From Octopus vulgaris (Eukaryota): DNA of 64,000 bases. Numbering within the stretch: position 1 is the stretch's first letter; every line of letters begins with the position of its first letter. The notes beneath the pieces are model-generated. The model saw only the letters and a list, made by a program, of their open reading frames with translations, searched no databases and was not told where the DNA came from. The DNA lies in contig OX597822.1 of NCBI GenBank assembly GCA_951406725.2, forward strand, positions 116,250,001 to 116,314,000. The letters run 5' to 3'. The translations under genes were made by a program, and so were the position numbers. This document shows, piece after piece, positions 43,064-57,850 of the stretch.

Positions 43064-44549
43064 ACCATCATCATCGTCATCATCATTTAACGTCTGCTTT
43101 GTATGCTAGCATGGGTTGGACAATTTCACAGTGGACTGGCGAACCAGATGGCTGCGCCAGGTTCCAATCTGATCTGCCAGAGGTTCTACAGCTGGATGCC
43201 CTTCCTAATGCCAACCACTCCGAGAGTGTAGTGGGTGCTTTTACGTGCCACTGGCATGAGGGCCAGTCTGGCGGTACTGGCAACGACCACGCTCAAATGG
43301 TGTTTTTTACGTGCCATCTGCACAGGAGTTAGTCCAGCAGCACTGGCAACGACCTCGCTCAAATGCTTCGCTTACATGTCACCAGCACAAGTGCCAGTAA
43401 GGTGATGCTGGTAACGATCATGCTCAAATGGCGCTTTTTAGGTGCCACCAGCATGGAAGCCAGACAGCTACTCTGGCTGTGATCCCGCTCAGATGGAGCT
43501 GTTAGCGCTCCACTGGTACGGGTGCCAGTCATCGAATTTGGTTCAATTTCAAATTCGAAACATATTTATGTGTATCAGTATAAGCATATGTGTCTATACA
43601 CACATATATACATGCATATAAACATATCCGTACATACTTCAATTCCAAAACAATTTGGCCAAGACAGAAACCACAGATATTTGTTTAAATATTTTTGTTG
43701 CACAATGCCAGAACAAAAATTTAATAATGGATCCAGGAAGAATATATAACTTCAAAAATGATTATGGTGGTAAAAATAACAATGAAACATTGATAGTACT
43801 CATACAAAGATTAGTCATGACTCAAGACTAGTATCAGAGTTTCAATTAGCTGCACAATGATGGGGAATAATTTAGATTTAGAAAAGAATATCAGAACTTT
43901 AATTTGTTTTTGAAGCCTAAACTAGAGCAAGATTTTTTTTAGCTATTCTCAAAGAATATCCTATTTTGGGTTCCATATTTTCTATGCAAAATTTTCCATA
44001 ATTCTTGAATTAAGACATCAAAGACTTGAGTCATTTAAACACAGACCAAGACCAAGTTTTGTCACACTTCCTTGAATGAATAATCACAGACGAGTGAGGA
44101 CTTCTTAATTTAGTGGGTTAAAGAGCAATCTCACAAGAGGTTGGCCAGTGCCATGATAAAATGCATCCAGTCCACTCTGTAAAGAGATCGGTGAATGAGT
44201 AGGCACAATGCAGAGTCTAAAGGGCTGTTTAGTCTTGCTGAGGATAACACTTCTCCAGTGCTGGTATGTAGGAAAGAGTCCTGTTGAAGATAAAATACAC
44301 CCAATACACATGTAGAGTGGTTGGTGGTAGCAACCATACAGTAGAAACAATGCTATACAAAACTGGAATGTGATAGTGAGGCAGGTTTTATTTCGGAAGG
44401 CAATAACTCTAAATAAGGGCTGACTTGTTCTGTGATGAGTCAGTAAACCAGTGCCAGCATGGAGAGAGATTATAATACAATGATGACGATGATGATGACA
44501 TACATTTAATACAGCTGAAGTAGACTAACTGAATACTATACTATATTTT

Positions 44550-44835
44550 GGGGACGAGATATTATGTACATTATTTACAATGGACGGAGAGGTGTCCCCA
44601 TTTTGTTTGTCGTTATCACAATGTTTCGGCTGATGTACTCTCCAGCCTTCCTCAGGTGTTCTGGTGGAATTTTGAACCTATCCTTTATTTGACTAATGGG
44701 GTACACTATTCTCATTCCTAGGCTATGTTGCTGATGTTATTTTTCAATTGATATTATTTTTCAAGTCCCTGCCTGGGATTGAACTATGCTATATGCTCAT
44801 GGACAATTATAGAGTGAATTTTAGGACATATAAGC
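44550..44835 (-). mobile_element. Solo 3'/pLTR fragment of the Penelope-like family, with hammerhead core at 44615-44660
   Basis: Colinear with 37872-38180; minus strand AACAC-CTGAGGA-AGGCTGG agagtaca TCAGCC-GAA-ACAT-T-GTGAT. Confidence 0.7.
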
Positions 44836-45566
44836 CTATACTCCAGCATGGCCACAGTCTAATGACTAAGACGAGTAAAAGAAAAATAATAAAAGATACA
44901 CATTCATACATATGTATCTATGTGTGTATGTATGTATATTGCTCGTTGAGTGAACAGGATGTAAAATATCCGCTTGCGTTTCTTATTGTCAGCTATTGAG
45001 AGTGTTATGATGAAGTATTTGGATCCTTGCTCAAGAACTTCTCATATCTGTTACAGCTTTTGCTGGAGGTAGGTATAACTTGAACCCAGAATGAACAAAG
45101 CTGAAATAAAGACTTCATTACATTTTTTTTATGATACTCAAACATTACATCAATCTATCATCGACAAGTCCTTCAATTATGAACCCAAGAGAATTCAAAG
45201 GCCAAAGCTGGTTTAAGTAGAAATTAAAGTCAGAATGAAGAGAGCCGGAACAAACATGAGTGCAGAAACAGAATTTGCTAAGTGAGTGCAAACCCAGATC
45301 CAACCCAGGATGTTCAAAGTATTTTCATTGGCCCCTCATACACAAACGTTAGGGGTGCACCTGCACTCCTTGCAACCCTTGTTTTTGAGCCTATGGGAAC
45401 AAATACTATAAGGCGCACTCTCTGACACTAACAACTGAACTAATTTGACACCATGTGTGTATATATACATATACATACATATATATATATATATACACAT
45501 ATATATATACACGTATATATATACACATATATATATGCACATATATATATGCATATATATGTGCAC

Positions 45567-45673
<107 letters not shown>

Positions 45674-45681
45674 AATGCAGC

Positions 45682-45916
45682 CTTTTAAAGCCTAACCAGG
45701 CTCATGGGCCCAGGTTTCCCGGTTTCAATGGCATATGTGTTCCCCAGCTGGACGGGACGCCAATCCATCGCAGCGTTACTCATTTTTGCCAGCTGAGTGG
45801 ACTGGAGCAACGTGAAATGAAGTGTTTTGCTCAAGAACACAACGTGTCGCCCGGCCCAGGAAACCACAATCTTACGATCATGATGCTGACACCCTAACCA
45901 CTAAGCCACACGCCTC

Positions 45917-45918
<2 letters not shown>
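45682..45918 (-). mobile_element. tRNA-derived SINE, family C
   Basis: Head gaggcgtgtggcttagtggttagggtg and ttcttgagcaaaacacttcatttcacgttgctccagtccactcagctg domain. A related head with a different tail lies at about 46990-47297. Confidence 0.7.
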
Positions 45919-45956
<38 letters not shown>

Positions 45957-47454
45957 CACACATACAAACATGCAGACACACACACACGTATATGCATGCA
46001 TACCCATACATTATTATACCATACATACCCATACATATCTGTGTGTCTATGCACACAAACATGCATAAATATATGTTAGTGAAATGCCATGCCTTTAAAG
46101 TTTTGAGATTTAATGTAAAACGTGTGGCCCCTAATGATGTAAGGCCCCAGACAAATCTAAATGCTGAAACTATCCAGAATAGGCTAAACTTTAGCAGTCC
46201 TCAATGAAAAGAGTCTAGAATTGACATGGACAACCTGTTTTGAGAAGTGGGCCACAAGGGACATGGCTAATCATCAGGCAAGCCACACTACTCAAAAACA
46301 TTCAAGACAGTTTTTCTTTAAGTGTGCCATCCTGAAAATCTCATGATTGAGATAAATGAAATATCCGTCATGTGGATTATCAACAGCCACTTAACACTGT
46401 AATATTAGTATCCATCACATAAACTGAATAATCCCATAGTTAGAATAAGTACATTTTCTAATACCAGCCATTCATTTATAAACCGGTACCAATTTTCAAT
46501 TTGATAATAAAATACTTTGTATTTTTAAAGGTAATTTAAACTTGTGATTTTTCATACACAAACAATTTCAAACCCACAGCCAGCTAATCTAATTTTCAGC
46601 AAAACAGTTTTAAAATGGTTATGTCCTTTTCTAAATATTTTTATTTTGCCACTCATTATTTAGTTACAGACATTAAATAACTGGTAGAAAAATTACTGGA
46701 GCAATTATGAACACTGCCTGCAGCTGTTGACTTCAAATATTTAAACATACTTTTCAGGATAACACAGATTACTTTTTAAATACACACTCAATGATTATCA
46801 GAAATATTAATTTAGTTCACAGTGCCGGGTTATCAAGGACAATTTACAAATAAAGTATCTGCTTGATCTTTCTCTTAATATCAAATAATACCAGATGCAT
46901 TGTACTCCATTCGTGGCTGAAAACAACCCCGAAATTCATCACCTATTTTAGTATCTTTCAAATAGAAATGTAAAGGTTAAAGATCCACCTTCTGCCATGA
47001 ATTGAAACTAGGAAACATGGGATTGAACCTAGAAAGTTACCCTCCAAGGCACAAGTCCAGGCAAGGCTGTTTATGCCCATGCATACCAGCCACCCCTCTC
47101 CCCATGCCACTGATGTTATCCAAGGGAAAGGCAAAGGCTGGTACAATTTAGCACCAGTGATGTCATAACTCGTTTCTACAGCTGAGTGAACTGGAGCAAT
47201 GTGAAATAAAGTGTCTTGCACAAGAACACAGCCGAGTCCAGGAATCAAATTCACTACCTCATGGTTGTGAGCCTGATGGTCTAACCACTGAGCCATAGAT
47301 ATATAATTCAAATTCCTCTTGGTATCTGAATTGACAACACAAATCAAAATATTTTTTTAAATTCTTAAGTAATACATGTTTGGCAAGTGTTTTCGGCCAA
47401 GAATATGTGTTTGCACAACTGCAATAACATCATGATAGAATGATAGAAACCATT

Positions 47455-47692
47455 TACTAAAGGTGGCGAACTGGCAGAAGTGTTAGCATGCTGGGCAAAA
47501 TGCTTAGCAGTATTTCATCTGCCGCTACATTCTGAGTTCAACTTCTGCCGAGGTCGACTTTGCCTTTCATCCTTTTGGGGTCAATTAAATAAGTACCATT
47601 TACGCACTGGGGTTGATATAATCGACTTAATCCGTTTGTCTGTCCCTGTTTGTCTCCTCTCTGTGTAGCCCCTTATGAGCAGTAAAGAAATA
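47455..47692 (+). mobile_element. Family-B SINE with 18-bp target-site duplication
   Basis: agaatgatagaaaccatt at 47437-47454 and 47693-47710. Confidence 0.85.
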
Positions 47693-49820
47693 AGAATGAT
47701 AGAAACCATTAAAAACAGACACAAACTGTTATAATCTCATTAACCTTATTATTATTTTGAATAATTAAAGGCAGTGAACTGGCAGAAAAGTTAGCACACC
47801 AGACTGAATGCTTAGTAGCATTTCTTTCAGCTCTTTACATTCTGAGTTCAAATTCTGCTGAAGCTGGTTTTTGCCTCTCACCCTTCCAGGGTCAATAAAC
47901 TAAAGTACAGGTCAAATACGAGGGTCAATGTAATTGACTTGCCACCTCACATCAAAATTGCTGGCCTTGTTCCAAAATTTGAAGCCATTATTTTGTATTA
48001 TTATTTTGAATAATTAGGTAACATTATAACCAGATCTTTATTGAGATACACTGAAGTATTAGTGACCAGGTGTACAATGTAAGACTTTTATATATGATAA
48101 TATATATTACAGCAAAATAATGATTTCAAATTTTGGCACAATGCCAGCAATGTTTTGGTGGGGGATAAGTCAAACAATGATGATGATGATGTATATATCT
48201 ATGTGAGTGTGTCTTTATGTATCTGTTGGTGACAATTGGTGTTGGTGTGATTATGTCCCCATAACTTAGCGGTTCAGCAAGAGAGCTGATAGAATAAGTA
48301 CTAGGCTTTAAAACAATCCCTAAACCCAGAGGCTGATTTGTTCAATTAAAGCCTTTCAAGGCGGTGCTCCAGCATGGTCATAGTCAAATGACTGAAACAA
48401 GTAAAAACAAAAAAAATCCATCACCATGATGTCATGACACTGAATGTCTAAAATAGCCCACTTTTTACAAAATTCACACAAATTAACTTAACAAATTAAT
48501 ATAACTGGAAAGTCACAAATTCTAAGAATTTAACTAAACCTCCTCCCATAGGCATAATCTAAAGAAATAAGTCAACCAGCAAAAATACTTATCAAGTTTA
48601 ATAAACATTTTCATGTTATTATACCATGATGTAAGAGAAAAAAGCTAAACATTTTCCCCTTTATTATCATAATGGATAACTTCCTTATGATATACAACTA
48701 GTAATAATATTATTGTAAGTTTATAAAAACTGAAATCATAATGGATGAGTGGATAGCTGGCCTCTAAGTTAAAGTGTGAGTTTGCATCATATGATAGGCA
48801 GAGTACAATGGCCTTGAGTAAGGCACTAGACCACTCCTGTACCGTTTAGTTGGTATCGGAGAGAGAAGAAAACAAAAAACTGACTGATTTGACTACAAAT
48901 TGCCTTGTCATTGGATGATTTGCAATGGCAAGATGGAATAACCTCACACAAGAATGAATCATTTTATTAAATAGTTTCTCTGTTGTCTGGGATAACATGT
49001 CTCACAGACACACACACAAACACACACACACACACAAACACAAACAAACACAAACATATAATTTTGGTAGCAGTAAAAAAAATCATTATTTAACAAACTT
49101 TGAAGCAGTGGGCTTTTCAGATTTCATGCGATGCCAAATATGACCAAAAGCTCTTGTATCTACAGATGCAAGTGAAATAACATACTTTAATCAAGAGTAT
49201 CACATTGGGTTCTAACCAAAAGCTCTAATTTAAAAAAAAAAAACCAGCTTAGAAACTATTAAATTTTGTATTAATCCTACTTTATAACAACTGAAGTGGT
49301 TATGCTATATAAAATTACTATTCAGATGCTTGCAGCATATGGGGAATGTAAGAGAACGCCAATCAGAAAGCCATTACAACTGCATTTATATAGGATTCAA
49401 CTTGCATAATAAATACAATTTAAATAAAATAACACAAAAGATGAATCATAACGCTAATTAAATATGCATAACAATATTTAACAAGCTATAAAAATTGTTA
49501 CATGATACACAGGAACATAAATCTAAACGACTACAAGTTTGAAATACAACAAGTTTTAGCGACATAGGAATACAAAAACGCTTTTCTGAACACTAAGTGG
49601 TATAATATAACCATTTTTCCATTTCACTTACAGCTGACCTATACACGTATGGGATCCATCCACCTCTCATCTCTTGGATTGCAAGCTTCCTGCTAAAACA
49701 CACAATTTCAGTATGTGCAAAAGGTGCTCTCCCTGACTCACACACTATCAACTCTTGGATACTGCAAGGTTCAATTATGTTCCTATATTCTTCCTTTTGT
49801 ACATTAACAATCTGTTTACG

Positions 49821-50597
49821 TATTTCTTTGTTGCCCACAAGGGGCTGAACACAGAGGGGACAAACAAGGACAGACAAACGGATTAAGTCAATTACATTGA
49901 CCCCAGTGCGCAACTGGTACTTAATTTATCGACCCTGAAAGGATGAAAGGCAAAGTTGACCTTGGCGGAATTTGAACTCAGAACACAACAGCAGATGAAA
50001 AACCTATTTCTTTGTTGCCCACAAGGGGCTGAACACAGAGGAGACAAACAAGGACAGACAAACGGATTAAGTCGATTACATCGACCCCAGTGCATAACTG
50101 GTACTTAATTTATCGACCCCGAAAGGATGAAAGGCAAAGTCGACCTTGGCGGAATTTGAACTCAGAACATAACAGCAGACGAAAAACCTATTTCTTTATT
50201 GCCCACAAGGGGCTGAACACAGAGGGGACAAACAAGGACAGACAAACGGATTAAGTCGATTACATCGACCCCAGTGCATAACTGGTACTTAATTTATCGA
50301 CCCCGAAAGGATGAAAGGCAAAGTCGACCTTGGCGGAATTTGAACTCAGAACATAACAGCAGACGAAAAACCTATTTCTTTATTGCCCACAAGGGGCTAA
50401 ACACAGAGGGACAAACAAGGACAGACAAACGGATTAAGTCGATTACATCGACCCCAGTGCATAACTGGTACTTAATTTATCGACCCTGAAAGGATGAAAG
50501 GCAAAGTTGACCTCGGCGGAATTTGAACTAACATAACGGCAGACGAAATACCACTAAGAATTTCGCCCGGCATGCTAACGTTTCTGCCAGCTCGCCG
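49821..50597 (-). repeat. Tandem SINE array: one complete family-B SINE plus three 184-bp head-truncated repeats
   Basis: Units start at 49821, 50005, 50189 and 50373; only the last carries the A-box head (to 50597). Confidence 0.9.
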
Positions 50598-52224
50598 ACA
50601 ACTCTTTTTCATAATATGCCGATGATATGCTTTTCCACTCTTTCCACATACCAAACCCAGCATTGCTTCCATGAAATGAGATCTCAAAAACATTCCCCAG
50701 TAGGAGCATGACTACCTAGTTCCTGTTCATCAGCATCATCACTTTAGGTCCACTTTCCATGCTGGTATGGGTTTGATGGGTTATCATAGCATCTTATCTC
50801 ATTGAGAGTTATTTCCAAATAAATACTGGTGCTCATATGTGTCATCTTGACCATGTTACTACAGTTAGATACTCTTCCTATCCCCAACTCCTTATTGGTT
50901 GTAGTTCCTCAAGGCATGAACAATAAAGTAATCAGTAACTCAAAGGCATATGGAAAAGGGGAGGGCTAACATAGGAAATAATGACAGCAGAAAGGCTAGA
51001 AATAGATAGATGAGAGAGATGGGTAGGAGTACTATCCCTCCGTGTATGTATGTGTACTGTATGTGTGTGTGTTCGTGTGCGTGTGTGAGTGTATGTGGCT
51101 GTGTGTGTATGGATTGATGGTGTAATGTATGAAAGATAACAAAGACCAACTTTTAAACTCAACATTAGAAACAAATAGTGAGAGAAACAAAAATGCCCTC
51201 CACTGACAACAAACTCTCTCGAAAGACAGAATGGAGACTTTGGAGCTGAGACACATCCCAACTGCAACCACATTACTTAGAGTATATTTTCAAAACCATA
51301 TAAACTGGCAGCACGGAACTGAAGAAGGACCAAATATTGACTTTAAATTTTGGCACAAGGCCAGCAATTTTGGGGGATGGGGTAAGTCAATTACATAAAC
51401 CCCATTACTTAACTGGTACTTATTTTACCAACCACAAAGAGATGAAAGGCAAAGTCAACCTTGGCAGAATTTGAACTCAGAATGTAAAGATGGATGAAAT
51501 GCCACTAAGCATTTCGCCAGGCATGCTTATGATTCTGCCAGCTCATTGCCTTAAGAAGTACCAAATATTAAACACAAGACTACCATAGAGAAATACATTG
51601 AGAAGGAGTGTCCTTCTTGAGAATGACTGATTTACAATCTTTAAATATTTTATACTGCAATAGGTTACTGCTGTTATCAAACATTTTGATTTTTTAGTAA
51701 CTTACTCATTGATCTAGTACGCAAAATGGCTGAGTATTTCAAAGACACATGTACCCTGAATCTGATTCTCAAGTAGATTAAAAAGAACTGATACGATGTG
51801 ACAAAGCCAGACCTTTAGATTACACATTCGGGGCCATCCATCAAGTTTCAACATGGCTTTTGTCTACCTAATTTCACTCACAAGAATTTGTTGCTCCAAA
51901 GCTATCACAAAGAGATTTAAGATACAACACAGGGCAATCAGCTGGAACATAGGATCTTATAATTGTGAAGCAAACCTATTAACCACTCATTCATATCTCT
52001 GTCCAGTATACTGACATTCCTTCTGTCACCTACATTATCTACATTATGCCCAGTCTTTCATCAGGCCCTCTTTCTCAAAAGCTCAACCCTATAGAATTCC
52101 CTACCAGCACATATCTTTCCTGGGGTTGTTTACTTGCAGTGGTTTAACCCTTTAACATTCAGATTACTGTCAAATTAATGCTTATTTACTCATATTGTTT
52201 TGAATTAATCATGCATTATCTCAT

Positions 52225-55200
52225 TGTTGTAGGGAATTAGTTAAAATGGTACACCCCTCTCACGTAATGAATGGAATAACCAAGTCGCTGTAAGTAAAGA
52301 GAGTACGTTGCAGCAGGTCAGAGACAGTCATGTCTTTACTGGTTCTACTAAGTATACTGTATACTGAAGCGACCGTTACAACAATCCAACATTTTAAGGA
52401 GTGTAACAGTGGTGACGAGGATTTAACAACTCACAAGGAGTTAACAAACTCACAAAGTTTATGTGTGAACTTTACGAAAAGAAATATTAAAAATTATGGA
52501 AAATTTGTTGGTTGGTTTGCAACAAAAGCAGCAGATTCAACTGCAAGAACAACTACAGAAGCAACAACAACAACAACATTTAATTTTACAACAACAAAAG
52601 CTGCAATTAATGAAGTCATCAGGAAATTCAGGGAAAATGTTCTTGCCAGAACTCAATAACAGAGTTCAAATATGAACCAGACGAAGGAGTTACCTTCGAA
52701 GCATACAACAGAAGATATGAGCAAATGTTTGAGAAAGAATGTAAAGATTGGGACGACAACATGAAAACGTGTTTAATGATGAGAAAACTGGCGGCAGCAG
52801 AACATGAGCATTACAGCCATTATGCACTCCTGAGAAAACCTTCTGACATAAACTTTAATGACACAATAGATATATTGTGTAAATTTTTTTAGTGGAAAAA
52901 GTCCATTGTTCAACACATATTGGAAGTGTCTGAATATAGAGAAAAACAACAACGAGGCCTACATCAGACATTCTGGTAGAGTTAGCAGGGAATGCAAGGA
53001 GTTCAAGCTGGACAAATTGACACCAGATATGTTCAAATGTCTGGTTTTTACACAAGGACTTACTGCTGAAAAAGATGCAGAAGTTAGAACTAGAATTCTT
53101 GCAAAGCTGGAACAAAACCAGAATGTAACTCTACAGCAAGTGTCAGAAGAATGTGAAAGGAAAGTCAAATTAAGACACGACACAGAGGAAAACTGAACAG
53201 AAAGATTGTTTCCAAGTAAAACAAGTGCAAAATAGTCAGAACTGAGATAAAGTGTTTTCTAAAAAACATGACAAAAATCAGGAAATAAACCTGTTTTGCT
53301 TGTGGAGGTATACACCTGAGGAAAACTTGTCCATTTAACAAAGCAGAGTGCATTCATTGTGGTAATATAAGACATATAAAGACACACTGTGGAACAAAGA
53401 TGATAAAACGTCAGAACAAAGGAAAAAGAACAAATAGTCTGTCATCAGAAGAAATCAGCAATATAACGATGAGAAAATTTGTGATGGTGAAAATCAGAAA
53501 TATAAATGTTAAAATGCAATTGGATACTGGTGGTGACATCATCATTATCAATGAAAAAATGTGGAAATATGTCAGTAAGGTGAAATTGATTGAATCTAAA
53601 AAGGTAGCACATGGTGTTTACAGGGGAAAAGATTATATGTTTTCAGTGAGTTCATATGTAGCGTAACATTTTGAGGCCAAACAAAAAAAGCAAAGATAAA
53701 TGTGTTGAAAAGTTCACTTAATTTATTCAGCACAGAGTGGATGGAATTATTCAAAGAATGGAATACATCCATAAGTGTTTCATGTGGAAATATAGTCAGT
53801 TCAGTCGAAGGTTCGAGTGCAGCTGAGGGACAGGAGCAAAAAGTTGCAGTAAAACAGTGAAACACTTGTTTGTAAGCCAAAAGGAAATGAAAAATTTCTC
53901 ACAATAAAAAGTAAACATTGTTCAAAAGTTGATGTTCCACGGTGAAGACTACACATTGATTTTGCTGGTCTTTAAATGGTTCTTACTACTTAGTGGTAGT
54001 TGATAGTTTCTCGAAATGGCTAGAAATTTGTAAGTGTCAAAAACCAACCTCCTCAACTGTGATGAATTTTTTACATGAATTGTTTTTAGGATTTGGCATC
54101 CCAGACAAGATGGTGTCTGACAATGGAACACAATTTGTGTCCAGTGAATTTTTAAAATTTTGTGAAACATTTGCAGTGGAACATATAACTACTGTGCCAT
54201 ACCATCCCAGATCTAATGGACAGACAGAATGCTTTGTCAATACCTTCAAGAGAACCTTAAGAAAATCGAATGAGGAAGGAAGTCATGGATGAGGTAGCAC
54301 TAAACCAATTTTTAAGTGTGTACCATGTGACACCAAATCCAAATACCAGCAGGTAGTTCGCCAGCAGAGCTGATGTTTGCAAAGAAAGTAAAATCAGTCT
54401 TTGATAAATTCCTACCTGACAAGAAAAGAAAAAGTATCAGGAAAGACCAAGCAAGTTGGTGAAAAGGTGTGTGAGGTCATACAAGAATGGAAAGCAGAGT
54501 TGGGGAGATGGTGTAATTACCAAATGCATAGGTAAAATGATGTATTGGGTAAAAAGCAGAAAAGGCAGACAAAAGAGACACAAGAACCAACTGTAAAAGA
54601 GAATTGTGGAAAGCAAACCAAAGAAGTTGGAGGAACTGATAGAATAGTTGTATGATGCATTCCAAGTACCAATGCCACTGCAGAGGATTGAACCCAGGCA
54701 TACAAGTGAGAGGAAAAGAAAACATACAGAGTTCCTGAAAATAGATGCCAAGCACAAAAAAATATTAAACTGTTGAGGCAAGCAAAGTCGAAATCGAATT
54801 CGAAATTGAACCAATCCTATGACTGGCACCCGGAAGTTGCCAGGGCCGCTGGACTGACTCCTGTGCAGGTGGCAAGTAAAGAAACACCATTTTGACCCTG
54901 TGCTTGAGAAGATCCATTGAGTCAAGGACACCAACATCAAAGATCAATGGAAACTACAGTTGTGAAACCTGTGCCGGTGGCACGTAAAATGCACCATCCA
55001 AACGTGGCCGATGCCAGCGCAACCTACACTGGCTTCCATGCCGGTGGCACGTAAAAAGCACCATCCGAACGTGGCCGATGCCAGCGCCGCCTTGACTGGC
55101 TTCCGCGCAGGTGGCACGTAAAAAGCACCCACTACATTCTCGGAGTGGTTGGCGTTAGGAAGGGCATCCAGCTGTAGAAACACTGCCAGATCAGACTGGA

Positions 55201-55575
55201 GCCTGGTGCAGCCTTCTGGCTTCCCAGATCCCCAGTCGAACCGTCCAACCCATGCTAGCATGGAGAACGGGCGTTAAACGATGATGATGATGATGATGAT
55301 GATGATGTAAGAAAAAAAACTTAAAAAGGGAGGTGGAGTGAATAGAAAAATTATTGCTAAATAAAATGACACTTCCTAAGAAATTTTAAAAGGGGACATG
55401 TTGTATGGAATTAGTAATAATGGTACACCCCTCCTATGTGACGAGTGGAATAACCTAGTCACTATAAGTAAAGGGAGTAGGCGGTCAAAGATAGTCGTGT
55501 CTTATCTGGTTTTGCTAAGTATACTGTATACCGAAGTGGGCGTTATAACAATCCAGCATCTTAAGAATTATAACA
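52225..55575 (+). mobile_element. Gypsy-type LTR retrotransposon, decayed, lacking RT/RNase H
   Basis: LTRs 52225-52408 and 55399-55575 (TG...CA), PBS tggtgacgagga, PPT aaaaggggaca, TSD ctcat/cgcat. Gag knuckles CFACGGIH...C, protease LDTGGD, integrase VVDSFSKW...SDNGTQF...PYHPRSNGQTE. Confidence 0.9.
54770..55307 (+). mobile_element. RTE 3' fragment nested in the Gypsy element
   Basis: ctgttgaggcaagc...modules...(GAT)n as at 9578-10030. Confidence 0.85.
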
Positions 55576-57199
55576 CGCATAATTGTGATATTTTAATCAT
55601 GTGATCATTTATTTTTAGAATGACAATGTAGGGTAGGTGTGAGAGACCAGATCTGGCCTGTTTGAACATAAAACATGTAGAATATTGAGCCTGATATGGC
55701 TGTTAAAGGGTTAAGAGAAATATCAATGACAACAATCTCATTAGTCTCAAGGGACCTACGAAGGCCATAGGCCACAGGTACTACTTCTTCCTCCACCTTT
55801 AGCTAATAAAAAAAAAAAGTAAATTTGCAGATTTGGGACCTTACAATCTTCATTACTAAACACCAAGGAAAAAGTTTTATACTTACAATAATCTATTACC
55901 AAACAGGATAGCTTACATTGCTTTGAACAGCTTGCCATTGATTAAACAAAATATATTTTATGCACAGCACAGCATAAATCAGAAGTACTGAAATAAATTA
56001 AATGTTAAGAAAGCTGTTTGCTGTGATTATTTCAGTCCTTCTGTATTTTGCATAAAGTATTTAATGTTTAATTAATGATGAACCCTCTAAAGTACAAATA
56101 TGAAATTAAGGGATCCACTTAAGTAACAGCTTAATTCCTGGCTACTTCATATCACCGTAAATATTCCATGCTAGAATTGGAGAAGGAAGTCAGGTACTTC
56201 TCTTCTGAGGAATGGTGAACAACCTGTGAAACACATTATCAGGGGACTCTGTCACTGTTTTTCTGCACATTAAAAGCATAGAAAGAATGTGTTTACATAA
56301 TTATAATTTCTTGTTAAAGCAAAAGGTCCTCCAATATTTATATTGCTTTCAAGAATATTTCTCTTCATTCAAGTATTTTACGTCTCTTCCTCTTATATTT
56401 TACCCTGCTTCCAATTATGTCTTTAGACAATGAAGAACTTGAATTGCACTCAAATAAGAAAATATGAGCATGTGTGTATGTGGGTGGATTCATGTGTGCA
56501 TGTGTATGTGTATACGTGTGTGTGCGTGCAATGCACGCTCATGCACATTATTATTTACTTCAAATGCAGAGTGTATGGAGGTAGACTAATAAAATGTCTG
56601 TTGATTTCAGATCTTTCTATAGCAATATTAGCTCAATAATATTATTTCAATCACTTCAGCAAATGCAGGAGTCAATTTATTCGATCTGTTCAGCAAAGCC
56701 AAAGACTTCAATGTATTTGCTAAACATGAGTAGCTGCAAAAAGGATCAAATTTAAAATTAAATCAATGAGGAAAATTATACTGCATAATTATTTTTAATT
56801 GGCTTTTTTATGCTCACTACATTAAATGTATTAACACTAACTTAGTTACTGCTACATTAACAGCCTGAGTAAACATTGGCAGCTGAGTGAACAAAAAATT
56901 AAATGACACCAATCAGGGAGAAATTACAATCCCTTTGTTGTTGTTGTTGTTGGAGCAGATGCTCATACAGCTGAGTTATGATTCCAAAATTATTTCAAAG
57001 CAAAGCTCAATATACTAATACTACTACTCCGTCATCATCATCATCATCACTTTCCTCCTCCTCCTCCAATTTTCCATGCTTGCACAATAGACTATTAAGT
57101 TTCAGAGAATAAAGAAGCCGATCCCACCAAATCTCATCTTAGGCGTCCTTGGTTTGCTTGTTAGGTTTTGGAAGAAGTAGATGTGCCTCTGTCCTTTGC

Positions 57200-57850
57200 A
57201 GATCTTCTGGGACCTGTATGATTAATGCCACGTTAACACTTCGCTTACACCATTACAAGTCACCATCTGCAGGAACAACAAATGAAGGGAAGGAGTTTCA
57301 GAAGGCCAATGATCTGGGAAGGAAGGAAGGAAGGAAGGAAGGTCTGGGTGGGGTAGTTTGAGTGGGGGATGCAGGGTTGGACACAAGAAAGTGATGAGTG
57401 GAAGAGAGACAAGTGAGCAAACAGTTGAAGTCCAGCTAGCTCTGAGAACCGAAGGCTACCACAGTAGCTGTCGGAAAAGCAGAGAGAAGGGGCAGCAATT
57501 TTGTGGGCTAGAGGCTACAATGTGTCTGTAAGTAATTTTCATACTAAGCCACATAAAGAAATAGGCTACATGAAGGATCGTTATTATTCATGTGGTTCAT
57601 TTCTGTATAAGGATGTCTGTGTGTGCAGCAGCACCACCACCACCACCATCTCAGATTTGAAAGAGATATTCCATTGTGGGCCTCACCTGATCTTTGTTGG
57701 GTGCTGAAATATCTTCCAGCCCTGAAAAGAAGGGCCAGTTGTTGGAATGTGGCCCCAACTGCATTAAACATGTCCATTCACTCAGAGCGCTCTTTGTTGA
57801 TAAGTGATTGTGTTGGCTTTGGTTGCATGCTGCTCTTGTTTTAAAATGGT
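57200..57850 (-). mobile_element. Old CR1/Zenon-like LINE remnant
   Basis: LALLFRAGRYFS...KDQVRPTMEYLFQI and SFLPRSLAF*NSFPSFVVP...KRSVN. Confidence 0.55.

Larger units (their letters stand above)
52145..55714. mobile_element. TTAA MITE split by the Gypsy insertion (halves 52145-52224 and 55576-55714)
   Basis: ttaaccctttaacattcagatt ... gttaaagggttaa; the halves join into a homologue of 829-1058. Confidence 0.7.

Noticed and set aside
49821-50597. Regular repeats as a CRISPR array (also 4244-4362 and the RTE UTR modules)
   Set aside because: No unique spacers, no cas genes, eukaryotic context; the units derive from SINE, LINE or minisatellite sequence.
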